Notes: generated from the letters alone by a model not told the origin. Numbered from the stretch's first letter, positions 53,289 to 63,754 are shown. The stretch: 64,000 nt of DNA from Candidatus Marinacidobacterales bacterium (GCA_965219415.1 OZ244742.1:1760001-1824000); one strand, 5' to 3'. Made by a program: numbers and translations.

Positions 53289-55217
53289 ATGACAATCCGT
53301 CCGTACGGGAGCTGGAAATCCCCCATCACTTCCAAGGCCATTGTAGCGGGAGTCGTCGGGATCGGTAGCGCGATATTCGACGGAGAGGATATTTGGTGGG
53401 CGGAAACGCGGCCGCAGGAAGGCGGTCGCAGCGTCATCGTTCGGCGAAGAACCGATGGTACGGTGGCCGATGTCATTCTCCCGCCTTTCAACGCACGCTC
53501 CCGTGTCCACGAATACGGCGGCGGGGCATTCACCGTGAGAAACGGAACTGTCTACTTTGCTAATTTCAAGGATCAGCGCGTGTATCGCACGGCGGGGGGG
53601 TCGGCGCCGGAGCCGGTGACGCGGCAAGGCTCGATGCGATACGCGGACTTCGCCGTGGCTCCGGGACGCGAACGCCTCATCGCGGTGCGCGAAGACCACA
53701 GCGACGAGGATCGAGAACCGGCCAACGCGCTCGTCTGGTTAGACCCGGTCGACGCGGACATCGGGACCGTCGCGACGGAGGGGAACGATTTTTATTCCTC
53801 GCCTCGTTTCAGCGCCGACGGAAGCCGCCTCGCCTGGCTCACGTGGAACCGCCCCAACATGCCGTGGGATGGAACCGAGCTCTGGGTCGCGGCAGTGCAC
53901 CCGGACGGGACGTTGGTGGACGCCGAGCTCGTCGCGGGTGGATCCAAAGAATCCGTTTTTCAGCCGGAATGGTCGCCGGATGGCCTGCTGCACTTCGTCT
54001 CCGACCGAACCGGATGGTGGAATTTATATCGCGCGAAGGAGGGCGACACGGAAGCCCTATGTCCTCGTGAATTCGAGTTTGGACTTCCCCAGTGGGTATT
54101 CGGCATGACGACGTACGGTTTCGAGTCCGCCGGCAACATCATCTGCAGCTACCATGACGCCGGGCGTGTTCATTTGGCTCGGCTCGATACGAAATCAGGC
54201 GACCTTGGCGAGATCGAAACACCCTACGCCGAGATCGAGAACCTATTAGTCGGAGCCGGTCAGGCGCTCTTCCAAGGTGGGGCGCCGGATCGACAATCGG
54301 AGCTCGCAAGGATCGATTTGCGCTCGGGTGAGACCGAGGTCCTTCGCCGTTCGAGCGCGCTCGAGATCGAACCGGCCCTCCTCTCGATCCCGGAGGCCAT
54401 CGAGTTTCCCACTGGGGACGGCGCCACGGCCCACGCATTTTTCTATCCACCGAAAAACGATCGCTTCCAGGCTCCCGAGAATGACAAGCCGCCCTTACTC
54501 GTTCTCAGTCACGGCGGACCCACCGCTGCCACCGATACGGCATTGAATCCCGCCATCCAGTACTGGACTAGCCGCGGCATCGCGGTGGCGGACGTGAATT
54601 ATGGCGGGAGTACGGGCTACGGCCGTGCCTATCGGGAACGACTAAAGGACCGGTGGGGTATCGTGGACGTGGACGACGCGGTGAACGCGGCGAAGTATTT
54701 GATCGATGCGAGCCGAGTGGATCCGAAACTTCTCGCCATTCGAGGCGGGAGCGCCGGCGGCTATACGACGTTGGCCGCTCTCACGTTCCGAGATCTATTC
54801 AAAGCCGGCGCTTCGTATTACGGGGTCTGCGATCTAGAGGTTTTGGCTCGAGACACCCACAAGTTCGAGTCCCGCTACTTGGATTCATTGGTGGGGCCTT
54901 ACCCGCAGAAGGCCGACGTCTACCGAAGCCGCTCGCCCATCCACTTTGCCGAAAAACTCGCTTGCCCTATCATTTTCTTCCAGGGACTCGACGACAAGGT
55001 CGTCCCACCTAACCAGGCGGAGCTGATGTTCGAGGCGGTGCGCAAGGCGGGTCACCCAACCGCTCACATAGCGTTCGAGGGAGAGGGGCACGGCTTCCGC
55101 AAATCGGAGAACATCAAACGGGCGCTGGACGCGGAGCTCTATTTCTACGGCAGGGTGTTCGGTTTTTCACCCGCCGATGACATTGAGCCGGTGAAGATAG
55201 AGAACCTTGCGGACTGA
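53289..55217 (+). CDS. S9 family (prolyl oligopeptidase-like) peptidase
   Basis: PYGSWKSPI, HGGPT, GSTGYGR, GGSAGG, QGLDDKVV, EGHGFR. Confidence 0.92.
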   Translation: MTIRPYGSWKSPITSKAIVAGVVGIGSAIFDGEDIWWAETRPQEGGRSVIVRRRTDGTVADVILPPFNARSRVHEYGGGAFTVRNGTVYFANFKDQRVYRTAGGSAPEPVTRQGSMRYADFAVAPGRERLIAVREDHSDEDREPANALVWLDPVDADIGTVATEGNDFYSSPRFSADGSRLAWLTWNRPNMPWDGTELWVAAVHPDGTLVDAELVAGGSKESVFQPEWSPDGLLHFVSDRTGWWNLYRAKEGDTEALCPREFEFGLPQWVFGMTTYGFESAGNIICSYHDAGRVHLARLDTKSGDLGEIETPYAEIENLLVGAGQALFQGGAPDRQSELARIDLRSGETEVLRRSSALEIEPALLSIPEAIEFPTGDGATAHAFFYPPKNDRFQAPENDKPPLLVLSHGGPTAATDTALNPAIQYWTSRGIAVADVNYGGSTGYGRAYRERLKDRWGIVDVDDAVNAAKYLIDASRVDPKLLAIRGGSAGGYTTLAALTFRDLFKAGASYYGVCDLEVLARDTHKFESRYLDSLVGPYPQKADVYRSRSPIHFAEKLACPIIFFQGLDDKVVPPNQAELMFEAVRKAGHPTAHIAFEGEGHGFRKSENIKRALDAELYFYGRVFGFSPADDIEPVKIENLAD

Positions 55218-55299
55218 GAACACGTAACCGTCTGCCAAGAACTGCGTCGCTTTGCTATGCAGCTCTTGGCAGTCCGGGTTAACGCGCTGGTCGGGTGAC

Positions 55300-58160
55300 T
55301 TACTTCTCGCTCTGCTCGTCCAGAATCTTCTGATTCTTTTCCTTCTGCCTCCAGGCAGCACCCATGCTTTCTCTCAGATTTTCTGGCAAGTCTTCCAAGG
55401 GAACCACGAGGTCACCTTCCACAGGCCAATCCTCGAGTAGCTCAGGGTAGTATCCCTTGGGATAGTACTCTGCAGGATCGATTTGCTGGTCGCGCACAAA
55501 CGGCTCTTGAATCTCGTTACGACTGGTTGGCGGGTGAGGCACAACCAACTGGCCATTGGTGAAATCAAATTGCGGAGCACGGCTGTTGGGAAACTCGGGC
55601 AGGATACCTTCTCGAACCCAAATCATATCCTTGGTCATGTTGACGACAATCCCGTCCGGCGCTCCAAAATGATACGGCCCCTTCCAGTGTTCGCGAACCT
55701 CTGCCACGGTTTCTTCATTGAGAAATGGATCGAAGTTCATATGGGTGGTCATGAACATTCTCGGCTGGATTTGATTAGCCAAGTAACCCGAGGCATATGC
55801 GGGGGTATGATGCGTATCTACGGTGTAGCGCGCCAGGAACGGTGGTACGCCTTGTACGCCCGAATTAATTTCCACGAGTTCCGGCTGTAGTTCTGTGCCA
55901 TAGAGGTCGCAGCCTTTGGCGTACTCGGTATCGAGCTTGCTTGCACGGCCGTCCCCGGTCCAGACAAAACACATGCCGTTCCAATCGAGGCGATACGCGG
56001 ATGCACCGTCTTTGGCATGTGAACGCTGCCAATGAATGACTTTGACGCCATTCTTTTCATAGACCACGCCACCATTGTCACGACAATCGAATTCATTAAC
56101 CTGTATGTCATGGCCCTGACCTACCGGGAACACACTAAAGGCATCTCGATGCCAACCCAGCATCATCTTCATGCCTTCAACCATCGTTCTTGTACCGTAT
56201 TCAGGTGTTCGCCCTGAAGGCCCGTGAATGGTCAAGGGTTCATGCCAGCCACCGGCCCAGGTGCCAAACATCCATAGATAGGGAAGCGAGCCAAAGTGGT
56301 CCACATGCAAGTGTGTGATAAAAAGGGGTCTACGCGGATTCGTGTGGGTTGAAAACTGCATTTCTGGGTAATGGCGAAAGGAAAGTCGCCACGATCTTCA
56401 GCTTGAGATATTCCTCGTCGCGATAGCCGTAGGGCGCGTCGTTGCAGAACACGGATTTTGTTGTTGACCCCTTCAACTAGGCCGAGACTGACTTTGTTCT
56501 CCGGATGACAGTAGGAGGCGATACCATCCCAATGGGACTCAATCATACCGGCGAACTTCTGGTACGGATGCAGGCGTTGCCATTTGAGGCTGTCTTTCCA
56601 ACGAGTGAAAAAGGCGCGAGCGCCGCGTTCGGTGCGGTAACCCCAGAGTTGCCCGAAGGCCTCCTTCAAAATATAGGCGGTGTTCAGGCGCCGGTTGGCC
56701 TGGAGCAACTTTTTGAGTGCGCGGCGACCGTCTAGGCTCAGGTTCTCCCGCCGGGAAAGCAAAGTGTAACGCTGCCCCTTGATGTACGACCGGTCCTTGC
56801 CGCTGAGGCGTTTGTACTCACCGCGCCGGACCTCATCGAGGGCCTTTGACAGATGACGCATGATATGAAACTTGTCGGAGATGATCCGCGCATTAGGCGC
56901 GTTGTGAATCACCGAGTTCCGGAAGGGCTTCCACATATCCATGGCGGCCAGCTTGATACGGGCGCTTTTCTTTCCGCCCAGCGCCTTGAAGAACAAATCG
57001 ATGTCGGTTTCTTTGCGACCCTCACCGCCCACCCAGATGGGACGCGCCCGCTCCAGGTCGCTGACAATGACGCGATAGTTATGTCCCTTGCGGATGGAGA
57101 TCTCATCGACACCGATGGCCCGAGGCGCCGGTAGCCCCGCCCGGTCGACCTGCTCTTGCATGTAGAGCGTATCCAGAGCCTTCACCGTACCGTGGTGCAG
57201 ACGTTCCATCTCGGCCACCGCCTTGTTCGGCATATCCCGGCACAGCTTGCCCACATGCGTCGCAAAACGCTGGGTGTAGCGCGAGTTGTTCGCCAGCCAG
57301 TCTAGGTGTTCTACATGCACACCGCCGCACCCAGAACAGTTGACGCGCCAACGCTCGTATTCCAGATAGATCCGCCAGCCTGCCAACGACAGGTCGCGGA
57401 CCCGGCACACTTGCTTGTCATAGCGCCCCCGGCACCGTTGCCCACAGTAAGAGCACACAGCTGTTTTTTTCGCCTCTTGAGCTGGATGACGCGGGCGTAT
57501 CGGTCACCGAATAGACCCTTCAACCCGGCACCAACCACGAAACCTGGCAGCGCAAACAGCGAGCGGATCGACTGGGAATTTTTCACTCGGTTAGCCTATC
57601 CTAAAAATGGACCACTTTTCAGCACCTGATGAAGTACTCGATACCTTTTCCACACAATGAGTTACACTGTTTTTCCGTCAGAACTTACCCACACGAATCC
57701 GCGTAAACCCATAAAAACTTGCTTTATTTGATTGAGAGCGACTCGCGCGGCAACGTAATTGGCTACCGCACCTTCTCCCATATCAAATACGAAGTTGTCA
57801 CCATTGCCCAGCTCAACGTAAATTGATGTATTCACCTGCCCTGGGCGAATGTTAGGTGCCGTGCCCATAAATGTTACGCGCATTTTCATTGGGCTGAACT
57901 TCTTCGGTGCCCGGGAACCAGTTGGCTGCACTTTTCAGCCAGGGCATGGGCCTGATGCCTTCGAATAGCAAACCTTCTTTCCACCGTCCCATGGGGACGC
58001 CGCCGGTCAGCGCCTTTTTGATGGCCTCCTGGTCGGATGGTTCCTGCACCGGAGGCGCCTGGGCATGAATCGAATTAGAAACGGTACTCAGCAGCAGAAC
58101 CGCCAGTACACTAAGAAGTCGGGATATTTTCTTTCGCAATGAGATTCTCCTTTTGAACAA
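55300..58160 (-). pseudogene. Secreted RNase Z-type MBL-fold metallohydrolase (GntH-like), split by ISL3 with a further frameshift near 57890
   Basis: MRVTFMGT, VELGNGDNFVFDMG; removing the IS restores KQVFITHLHVDH (HxHxDH); WTGDG, HHTP. Confidence 0.8.
56326..57710 (-). mobile_element. ISL3-family insertion sequence
   Basis: Inverted repeats GGGT(C/T)TACGCGGATTCGTGTGGGT; AT-rich TSD ATAAAAA; transposase with CxxC, IGVDE, MDMWKPF, DKFH, EGVNNKIR. Confidence 0.92.
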
Positions 58161-58373
58161 AATGTTGTATTCGTACGAATCGAGGAATTGTTCGGGCGAA
58201 GCCGACGACAGATGATCTTTTCTCAGATCAAAAATCGCACAACAAGCGATGGCAGGCTGAAGACCGCGACTCTTCCTGCTTGCTGTTTATTCCGCGCGGT
58301 TCTACAAGTTCATCATCCCGAAGAGAAGTCACAACGCGATTGCGTCGCGCAACGGCTACTGCTCGGACCTAGT

Positions 58374-58874
58374 CTAGTTGCCCCTGCCGAGCTCTCTCTT
58401 GATGGCGCTGACGATCTCGCCGGTTTGTCCCACGACAAAGACTTCTTCGAGACCGTTCTCTTCATCGAAGGCTTTGAGCGCACTGACGAGCGCGCGGGTC
58501 GTCGCCGCACCGGATGGAAGCGCCGGAATGGCCACCGACCGCAACCCGCTCCCCGCCGCGCAGCGAAGAGCGGCGAGGGTGGACTGCTTTACGACCTCGG
58601 GATCGAGGGAATCCGATCTTCCGCCCATCGGGGCGTGGATCACGTACTTGCAGCGAAGGCGTCCTCCGGTGGTGAGCATCGCTTCTCCGACCTGAACCGG
58701 ACCGCGGGCGACCGCCTCTGATTCGACTTCACGCCCCGCCCGCTCAACTAACCTTCGAGGCTTGCGAGCCGTGCCGCCGGCCTGGCCGATTCCCTGTGAG
58801 GTCGCGTCGGCAGGGTTCACCACAGCGTCCACGTCGACCTCGGCGATATCGCCCCGAACGGCAAGTATCTTCAT
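58374..58874 (-). CDS. Macro domain protein
   Basis: GDIAEVDVDAVVNPA, GEAMLT.GG.L.CKYVIHA, SVAIPAL. Confidence 0.8.
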   Translation of the reverse strand: MKILAVRGDIAEVDVDAVVNPADATSQGIGQAGGTARKPRRLVERAGREVESEAVARGPVQVGEAMLTTGGRLRCKYVIHAPMGGRSDSLDPEVVKQSTLAALRCAAGSGLRSVAIPALPSGAATTRALVSALKAFDEENGLEEVFVVGQTGEIVSAIKRELGRGN

Positions 58875-59032
58875 CTTCGACTCCCCGGAACCCCTCAGTT
58901 AACCGGTGACATTAAAGCACTTGTGAGAAGCGAACCCCCGCTCCCCCGCAGCCGCGCCAAGCTTGTTGGGGTGGAAAACGAACAATGCAACCACGTGATG
59001 TAAATGTCAAGTCCGAATCGGCGCATCCCCGT

Positions 59033-59935
59033 TCACGGACGCGACGGAAGCTGCGGAAGCAAAACCCGCAAGGCGTTGGGGCGGATCTCCAACTGAACCG
59101 GTACTTTTCCGGCAGGCTCGCCGTCCAGTTGGTAGTGCTGGCCGGCCGTAGCCACCACCTCCAACCGCTCGGCGTGGAAATGCACGACGTCCTTGAACTT
59201 CACGTGAAATCCACCCGCCACCCCGAAGAGGTAGCGGAGGTAGTCGAACCCACTGCGTCCTTGAAACACGACCACATCCAGCATCGGTTCTTCGAGACGG
59301 GCCTCGGGCGTGATAACGTAACCGCTCCCGTAGCACCGAACGTTCCCGGCCACGACCCCTGTTCCCACGACCTCTTTGCCATCCACGAGAACCTTCAAAG
59401 GGGCGAACGCATAGCTGGCGAGCAATCGGAAACCCAGCAGCCAGAAGGCGAATGTTCCCAACCGCTTCTTGAATCCCGCATCAAGGCGATGAACCACTTC
59501 CCCGTCGATCCCGATTCCGGCCATCAAGAGGAACGGTCGATCTCCCGCCATTCCCACCGGGATGCCCCTCGGCTCACCTTCGACCAGTAGGCGGCAGGCC
59601 TTATCCAAGTCGAAGGGAATGCCAGTGTCTCTGGCGAATACGTTCACCGTTCCACCGGGGAGAACGCCTAACGGCGTTTCGGATCCGAGCATCCCCCGGG
59701 CGACCTCGTTGACCGTTCCGTCGCCACCCCAGGCGATGACCAACGGGATTTTGCGCTGGAGTGCGTCGCCGGCAAGCTCGGTGGCGTGCCCCGGCCGACG
59801 CGTGGGCGCAGGCTCGGCTTCTAGGCCGAGCGCTTCCAACCGCGACAAGAGATCGGGAAGCCTAAGCTCTTTTCGCCTTCCGCGCCCGGACTCGGGGTTG
59901 TAGACGAGAATCGCCTTCGTCCCCCTGGTCACCAT
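59033..59935 (-). CDS. Diacylglycerol/lipid kinase family protein
   Basis: NPESG, GGDGTVNEV, LPGGTVN, AGIGID, QLDGE. Confidence 0.9.
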   Translation of the reverse strand: MVTRGTKAILVYNPESGRGRRKELRLPDLLSRLEALGLEAEPAPTRRPGHATELAGDALQRKIPLVIAWGGDGTVNEVARGMLGSETPLGVLPGGTVNVFARDTGIPFDLDKACRLLVEGEPRGIPVGMAGDRPFLLMAGIGIDGEVVHRLDAGFKKRLGTFAFWLLGFRLLASYAFAPLKVLVDGKEVVGTGVVAGNVRCYGSGYVITPEARLEEPMLDVVVFQGRSGFDYLRYLFGVAGGFHVKFKDVVHFHAERLEVVATAGQHYQLDGEPAGKVPVQLEIRPNALRVLLPQLPSRP

Positions 59936-59941
59936 GACGGC

Positions 59942-60532
59942 CTACGACGGCGCTACCGCCACTTCGAACTCGTCGTGAAGAACTCCGTAGTCCGCGACCT
60001 CGGTGTCGAGGGAAATAGTCCAGCGAATTCGCCCTTGAGAATCCTTGAAGGTTGTCGGCGCGTCCGAGGGTACGGGAAGCTCGATTTCGAAATGCTGGCT
60101 CGCGCCGGGTGAGATGGACAACCCCTCCGAGACAACGTTGACCTTCTCGTGCAAGGGATTCTCTACCCGGCCGCGCGGGGTGATTTTCTGATCGATGCAG
60201 CGAAGCTGAACCGCGACGCGTGTCAAGCTCAAGGCTCTTCGCGCCTGGAGCATGATCTCGAGACGAAATGCCTCACCGGGCCGAGCGCGATCGTCTTCTA
60301 GTCCCAGATCGAAACGTGCGAACGGTTGGCGGTCCCAACGATATAGGCCACCCAGGCCGGCCCGAAAAAGATTGACTAGGATCAATGCCCACCCCACTCC
60401 TAGCAACCAGCCATCAATTCGCCCCTGATAGTAGCGGGCCAGATAGAGATAGACCAGGGAGAGCAGCACCGCAAGCAAGACGGACATCAGCAATCGTCGT
60501 TTCCCCTGGGCGATGAGCGAAGTCCGAATCAT
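59942..60532 (-). CDS. Hypothetical protein with two TM helices and an arrestin/SpoOM-like beta domain
   Basis: Two hydrophobic helices; FEIELPVPSDAPTTF..IRW. Confidence 0.5.
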   Translation of the reverse strand: MIRTSLIAQGKRRLLMSVLLAVLLSLVYLYLARYYQGRIDGWLLGVGWALILVNLFRAGLGGLYRWDRQPFARFDLGLEDDRARPGEAFRLEIMLQARRALSLTRVAVQLRCIDQKITPRGRVENPLHEKVNVVSEGLSISPGASQHFEIELPVPSDAPTTFKDSQGRIRWTISLDTEVADYGVLHDEFEVAVAPS

Positions 60533-60693
60533 GTTCGCCTACTATATTCTAAACCGCACAACCGGTCTCACTACGGATTACAATGCGTGCAATGGTCTCT
60601 TCTTCCTTTAACCCCTCTCCCTTTGGGACGCTAGAGCGTCAAATGAGGCCGTGCCGCTATCAAGGTCGTCAGACGCCGGGTGAGGGCTGAGCG

Positions 60694-61587
60694 ATGCCAA
60701 TACGCGGGGGGCATGGGCAACCGGTGGACTTCGTCGGGGTGGGCCATCTCGCGATCGATTATCGGGACGGCGAACGGGTCCTCGGCGGGGCGGCGGCCTA
60801 CGCGTGTCTCACCGCCGCACGATTAGGCCTCTCAACCGCTATGGTCACCGCGGTGGGTCGGAACTTCGATCTTTTTGGCCCCCTTGACGGAATCGAGATC
60901 CACTATCGTCAGTCGAATGACAGCACGACTTTCCACAACGAATCCCGGCGTGGCGAGAGGCACCAACGCCTGTCCAGCCGAGCCTTCAGTATCCGGGAGC
61001 AAGATCTCACTGCGCTCCGATCGAAGCTTGCCGAAGATGCCGCCGTCCTCTATTGTCCTATTGCTCAGGAGGTCGAGGCACCGTTGAGTCGTCTTACGCG
61101 GCGTGGCCGCTGCGGCGTGGCACCACAGGGATTCTTTCGTCGATGGGACGAAGGAGGCACGGTTCAACGATGTGCATGGAAAGGGGTGGCAGCAGCATTG
61201 ACGGAGGTCGATCTCGTCTCTGTAAGCGAGACGGATCCGCCCGATATCGACCTCATGGTTCGCTTGGCCGTCGATAAGGCGACGCTGGCCGTTACTCAAG
61301 GGGTGCGCGGAGCCCGGATCTATACCAAAAAGGTCTGTTACCTGGTACCGGCTTTCGAACGAAGAGACCATGACCCGACAGGGGCCGGTGACGTCTTCGC
61401 TGCAGGTTTTCTGGTCGCGCTCCGGGAAGGCCAGGAAGCAATCGACGCCGCGCAGTTCGCCACATGCACCGCGTCCTTCGCCGTAGAGAAGGCAGGCGTC
61501 ATGGGCGTACCTCCAAGCCGAGAGGCGGTGGAGGCGCGCCTCTCGGAGTACCGTGCCCACTATCGACCTCGAGAGCTCGAGCCGTGA
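60694..61587 (+). CDS. PfkB family carbohydrate kinase
   Basis: LGGAAAYA, VTQGVRGA, DPTGAGDVFAAGF. Confidence 0.88.
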   Translation: MPIRGGHGQPVDFVGVGHLAIDYRDGERVLGGAAAYACLTAARLGLSTAMVTAVGRNFDLFGPLDGIEIHYRQSNDSTTFHNESRRGERHQRLSSRAFSIREQDLTALRSKLAEDAAVLYCPIAQEVEAPLSRLTRRGRCGVAPQGFFRRWDEGGTVQRCAWKGVAAALTEVDLVSVSETDPPDIDLMVRLAVDKATLAVTQGVRGARIYTKKVCYLVPAFERRDHDPTGAGDVFAAGFLVALREGQEAIDAAQFATCTASFAVEKAGVMGVPPSREAVEARLSEYRAHYRPRELEP

Positions 61588-61856
61588 AGGATCCCCGACT
61601 CGAATCGTACTGCGAGCAGGTCGAGACGTTCTTCTTCCGCTGGAAGGAGCGCCCGGGTCTCTTCTCCCCTGAGGACTTCGCCCTCGTAAAGAAATGGTTT
61701 TCCGACGGGGTTTCACTAGGCGTCGTTCTAGAAGCCATCGAGGCGGCGTTCCAGTCGAGGCTGTCCGGGCAGGAAGTCGAAGAAGTGAATAGTCTCAGTT
61801 TTTGTGAGCCCTTCATCCGGCAGGCTATGGCTCACCGAAAGCATACCCCCGGCTAG
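61584..61856 (+). CDS. Small hypothetical protein, DnaD/DnaB_2-like helical pattern
   Basis: GTGA overlap with pfkB; FSPEDFALVKKWF..VVLEAIEAAF..NSLSFC. Confidence 0.55.
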   Translation: MKDPRLESYCEQVETFFFRWKERPGLFSPEDFALVKKWFSDGVSLGVVLEAIEAAFQSRLSGQEVEEVNSLSFCEPFIRQAMAHRKHTPG

Positions 61857-61901
61857 CCTGGTTCGCCTGGCTGGCCCGGTTAGAAAAACTAGGACGAGAC
61901 G

Positions 61902-63632
61902 ATGCTGTCTCGCATCCTCAACGAGCGACAGGAGAAGCTCCTCGCCAAGGAGCGAAAATTTCTACGCGCGTTGCACGTCGCCCTAGTGGACCTCGAGGTC
62001 GATGCCGAAGATCGAGCGACGTTCGAAACCTCCATTCAGCAGCTCGACGAGCTCTTTCTCTTGGTTGTCGTCGGCGAATTCAACGCCGGCAAAAGCGTAT
62101 GCATCAATACGCTTATCGGCGCCGCCGTCCTCGAGGAGGGCGTCACTCCGACGACCGAGCGCATTTGCCTACTCAAGTATGGCGAAGAGACCGGACGGCA
62201 GTCCGAAGATGGTCCCGTCGACATCATCACCGCACCGGTGGAGCTCTTGACGGAAATCAACGTCGTCGATACGCCGGGTACTAATGCCATCCACCGCGAG
62301 CACGAGACCATCACACGCGATTTTGTGCCTCGCTCGGACTTGGTTCTTTTCGTCACGTCGGCGGACCGTCCGTTCACCGAAAGCGAACGAGACTTTCTGG
62401 AGAGCATCCGCGATTGGGGCAAGAAAATCGTCGTCGCCATCAATAAGATCGACATTCTGGAAAGCGAAGAAGAGCTGAGCCGTGTCGTGCGTTTCGTGTC
62501 GGAGAACCTGAAATCCCTCCTTGAAGTTCAACCGGAGATCTTTCCCATATCGGCACGCCAGGCCCTCAGGGCCAAAACAGAGGGCGAGACGGCTGTCAAC
62601 AACGGCAGCGCCTTCGACAAACTCGAGCAGTTCATCATGTCCACCCTGGACGAAGGGGAGCGTGTTCGCCTCAAGCTCCTCAATCCGATCGGAGTAGGTC
62701 AGAATCTAGTCCAAAAGTGCCTCGCGCAGGTAGACACCCAACTCGAGCTCCTGACGGTGGATTTTCGCGCTCTGGAAGAAATCGAACGTCAGCTTTCTCT
62801 CTACAAGGAAGACCTGGAAAGGGACTTTTGCTTTCGACTTTCAGACATCGACAACGCGCTCCTCGATTTCGAGACCCGCGGCAACGAGTACTTCGAAGAA
62901 ACGATGCGCCTAGCTCGGGTCTTCGACCTCGCGAACAAATCGAAAGTCAAGAGTGACTTCGAGAAGAAGGTGGTGGCCGATCTGCCTCAAGTCATCGAGC
63001 AACGGGTGACCGGTGTTATCGACTGGATGATCGAAGCCGAGCTGCGTCAATGGCAAGCGGTGACGGAATACTTGGAATCCCGTAAGACCCAGGAGTCCGA
63101 GAGAATGGTCGGTAAGGTGGGAGGCTTCGAGTACGACCGCGAGCGCCTGCTCGATACCGTCGGACGAGCCGCACGCCGCGCCGTCGACAGCTACGATCGA
63201 AACAAAGAATCCACCCGGCTGGCGGAATCGGTTCAAACCGCAGTGACCGGGGCCGCACTGCTAGAGGTAGGGGCGGTCGGCCTCGGGACGATCATGACGA
63301 TGGTCGCAAGCACGACCCTAGCCGACATGACCGGCATTCTCGCCGCCGGCGTCTTGTCGGCCCTCGGCTTCCTCGTCATACCCGCGAAACGAAGGAAGGC
63401 CAAACGAGAACTCCACCGTAAGGTCACCGACCTTCGCGAACAGCTGATGAGCGCACTCAACTGGGAATTCGATCGCGAGATCGAGCAGAGCTTGGCCCGC
63501 ATCCGCGAGGCGATTTCACCGTACACTCGGTTCGTCCGCGCCGAGCATATCCGACTAAGTGACGGACAGAACGAGCTCGCCCGTATCCGCGATGGACTGA
63601 ATAAGCTCAAGTCCGACGTGAAATCGCTCTAG
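61902..63632 (+). CDS. Bacterial dynamin-like GTPase
   Basis: G1 GEFNAGKS, G2 VTPTT, G3 DTPG, G4 NKID; hydrophobic hairpin and coiled coil at the C-terminus. Confidence 0.88.
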   Translation: MLSRILNERQEKLLAKERKFLRALHVALVDLEVDAEDRATFETSIQQLDELFLLVVVGEFNAGKSVCINTLIGAAVLEEGVTPTTERICLLKYGEETGRQSEDGPVDIITAPVELLTEINVVDTPGTNAIHREHETITRDFVPRSDLVLFVTSADRPFTESERDFLESIRDWGKKIVVAINKIDILESEEELSRVVRFVSENLKSLLEVQPEIFPISARQALRAKTEGETAVNNGSAFDKLEQFIMSTLDEGERVRLKLLNPIGVGQNLVQKCLAQVDTQLELLTVDFRALEEIERQLSLYKEDLERDFCFRLSDIDNALLDFETRGNEYFEETMRLARVFDLANKSKVKSDFEKKVVADLPQVIEQRVTGVIDWMIEAELRQWQAVTEYLESRKTQESERMVGKVGGFEYDRERLLDTVGRAARRAVDSYDRNKESTRLAESVQTAVTGAALLEVGAVGLGTIMTMVASTTLADMTGILAAGVLSALGFLVIPAKRRKAKRELHRKVTDLREQLMSALNWEFDREIEQSLARIREAISPYTRFVRAEHIRLSDGQNELARIRDGLNKLKSDVKSL

Positions 63633-63754
63633 CAGGGTGCTGGAGGATTCACGGCACCCTGCGCGAGCGGAGCGAGCCCGGCCCGAGTGGGCCGACACAA
63701 GGAGCGCCGAGCGTGGAGCGAGGCGCTAAGCGCGCGAACGAGGAGTGAGCGCGC
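63632..63754. repeat. Cluster of intergenic hairpins between convergent genes
   Basis: GCAGGGTGC/GCACCCTGC, CGGCCC/GGGCCG, AGCGCC/GGCGCT and GCGCGC/GCGCGC stems. Confidence 0.55.

Noticed and set aside
55300-58160. Guanitoxin biosynthetic cluster
   Set aside because: Only one broken MBL-fold gene; no other pathway genes are adjacent
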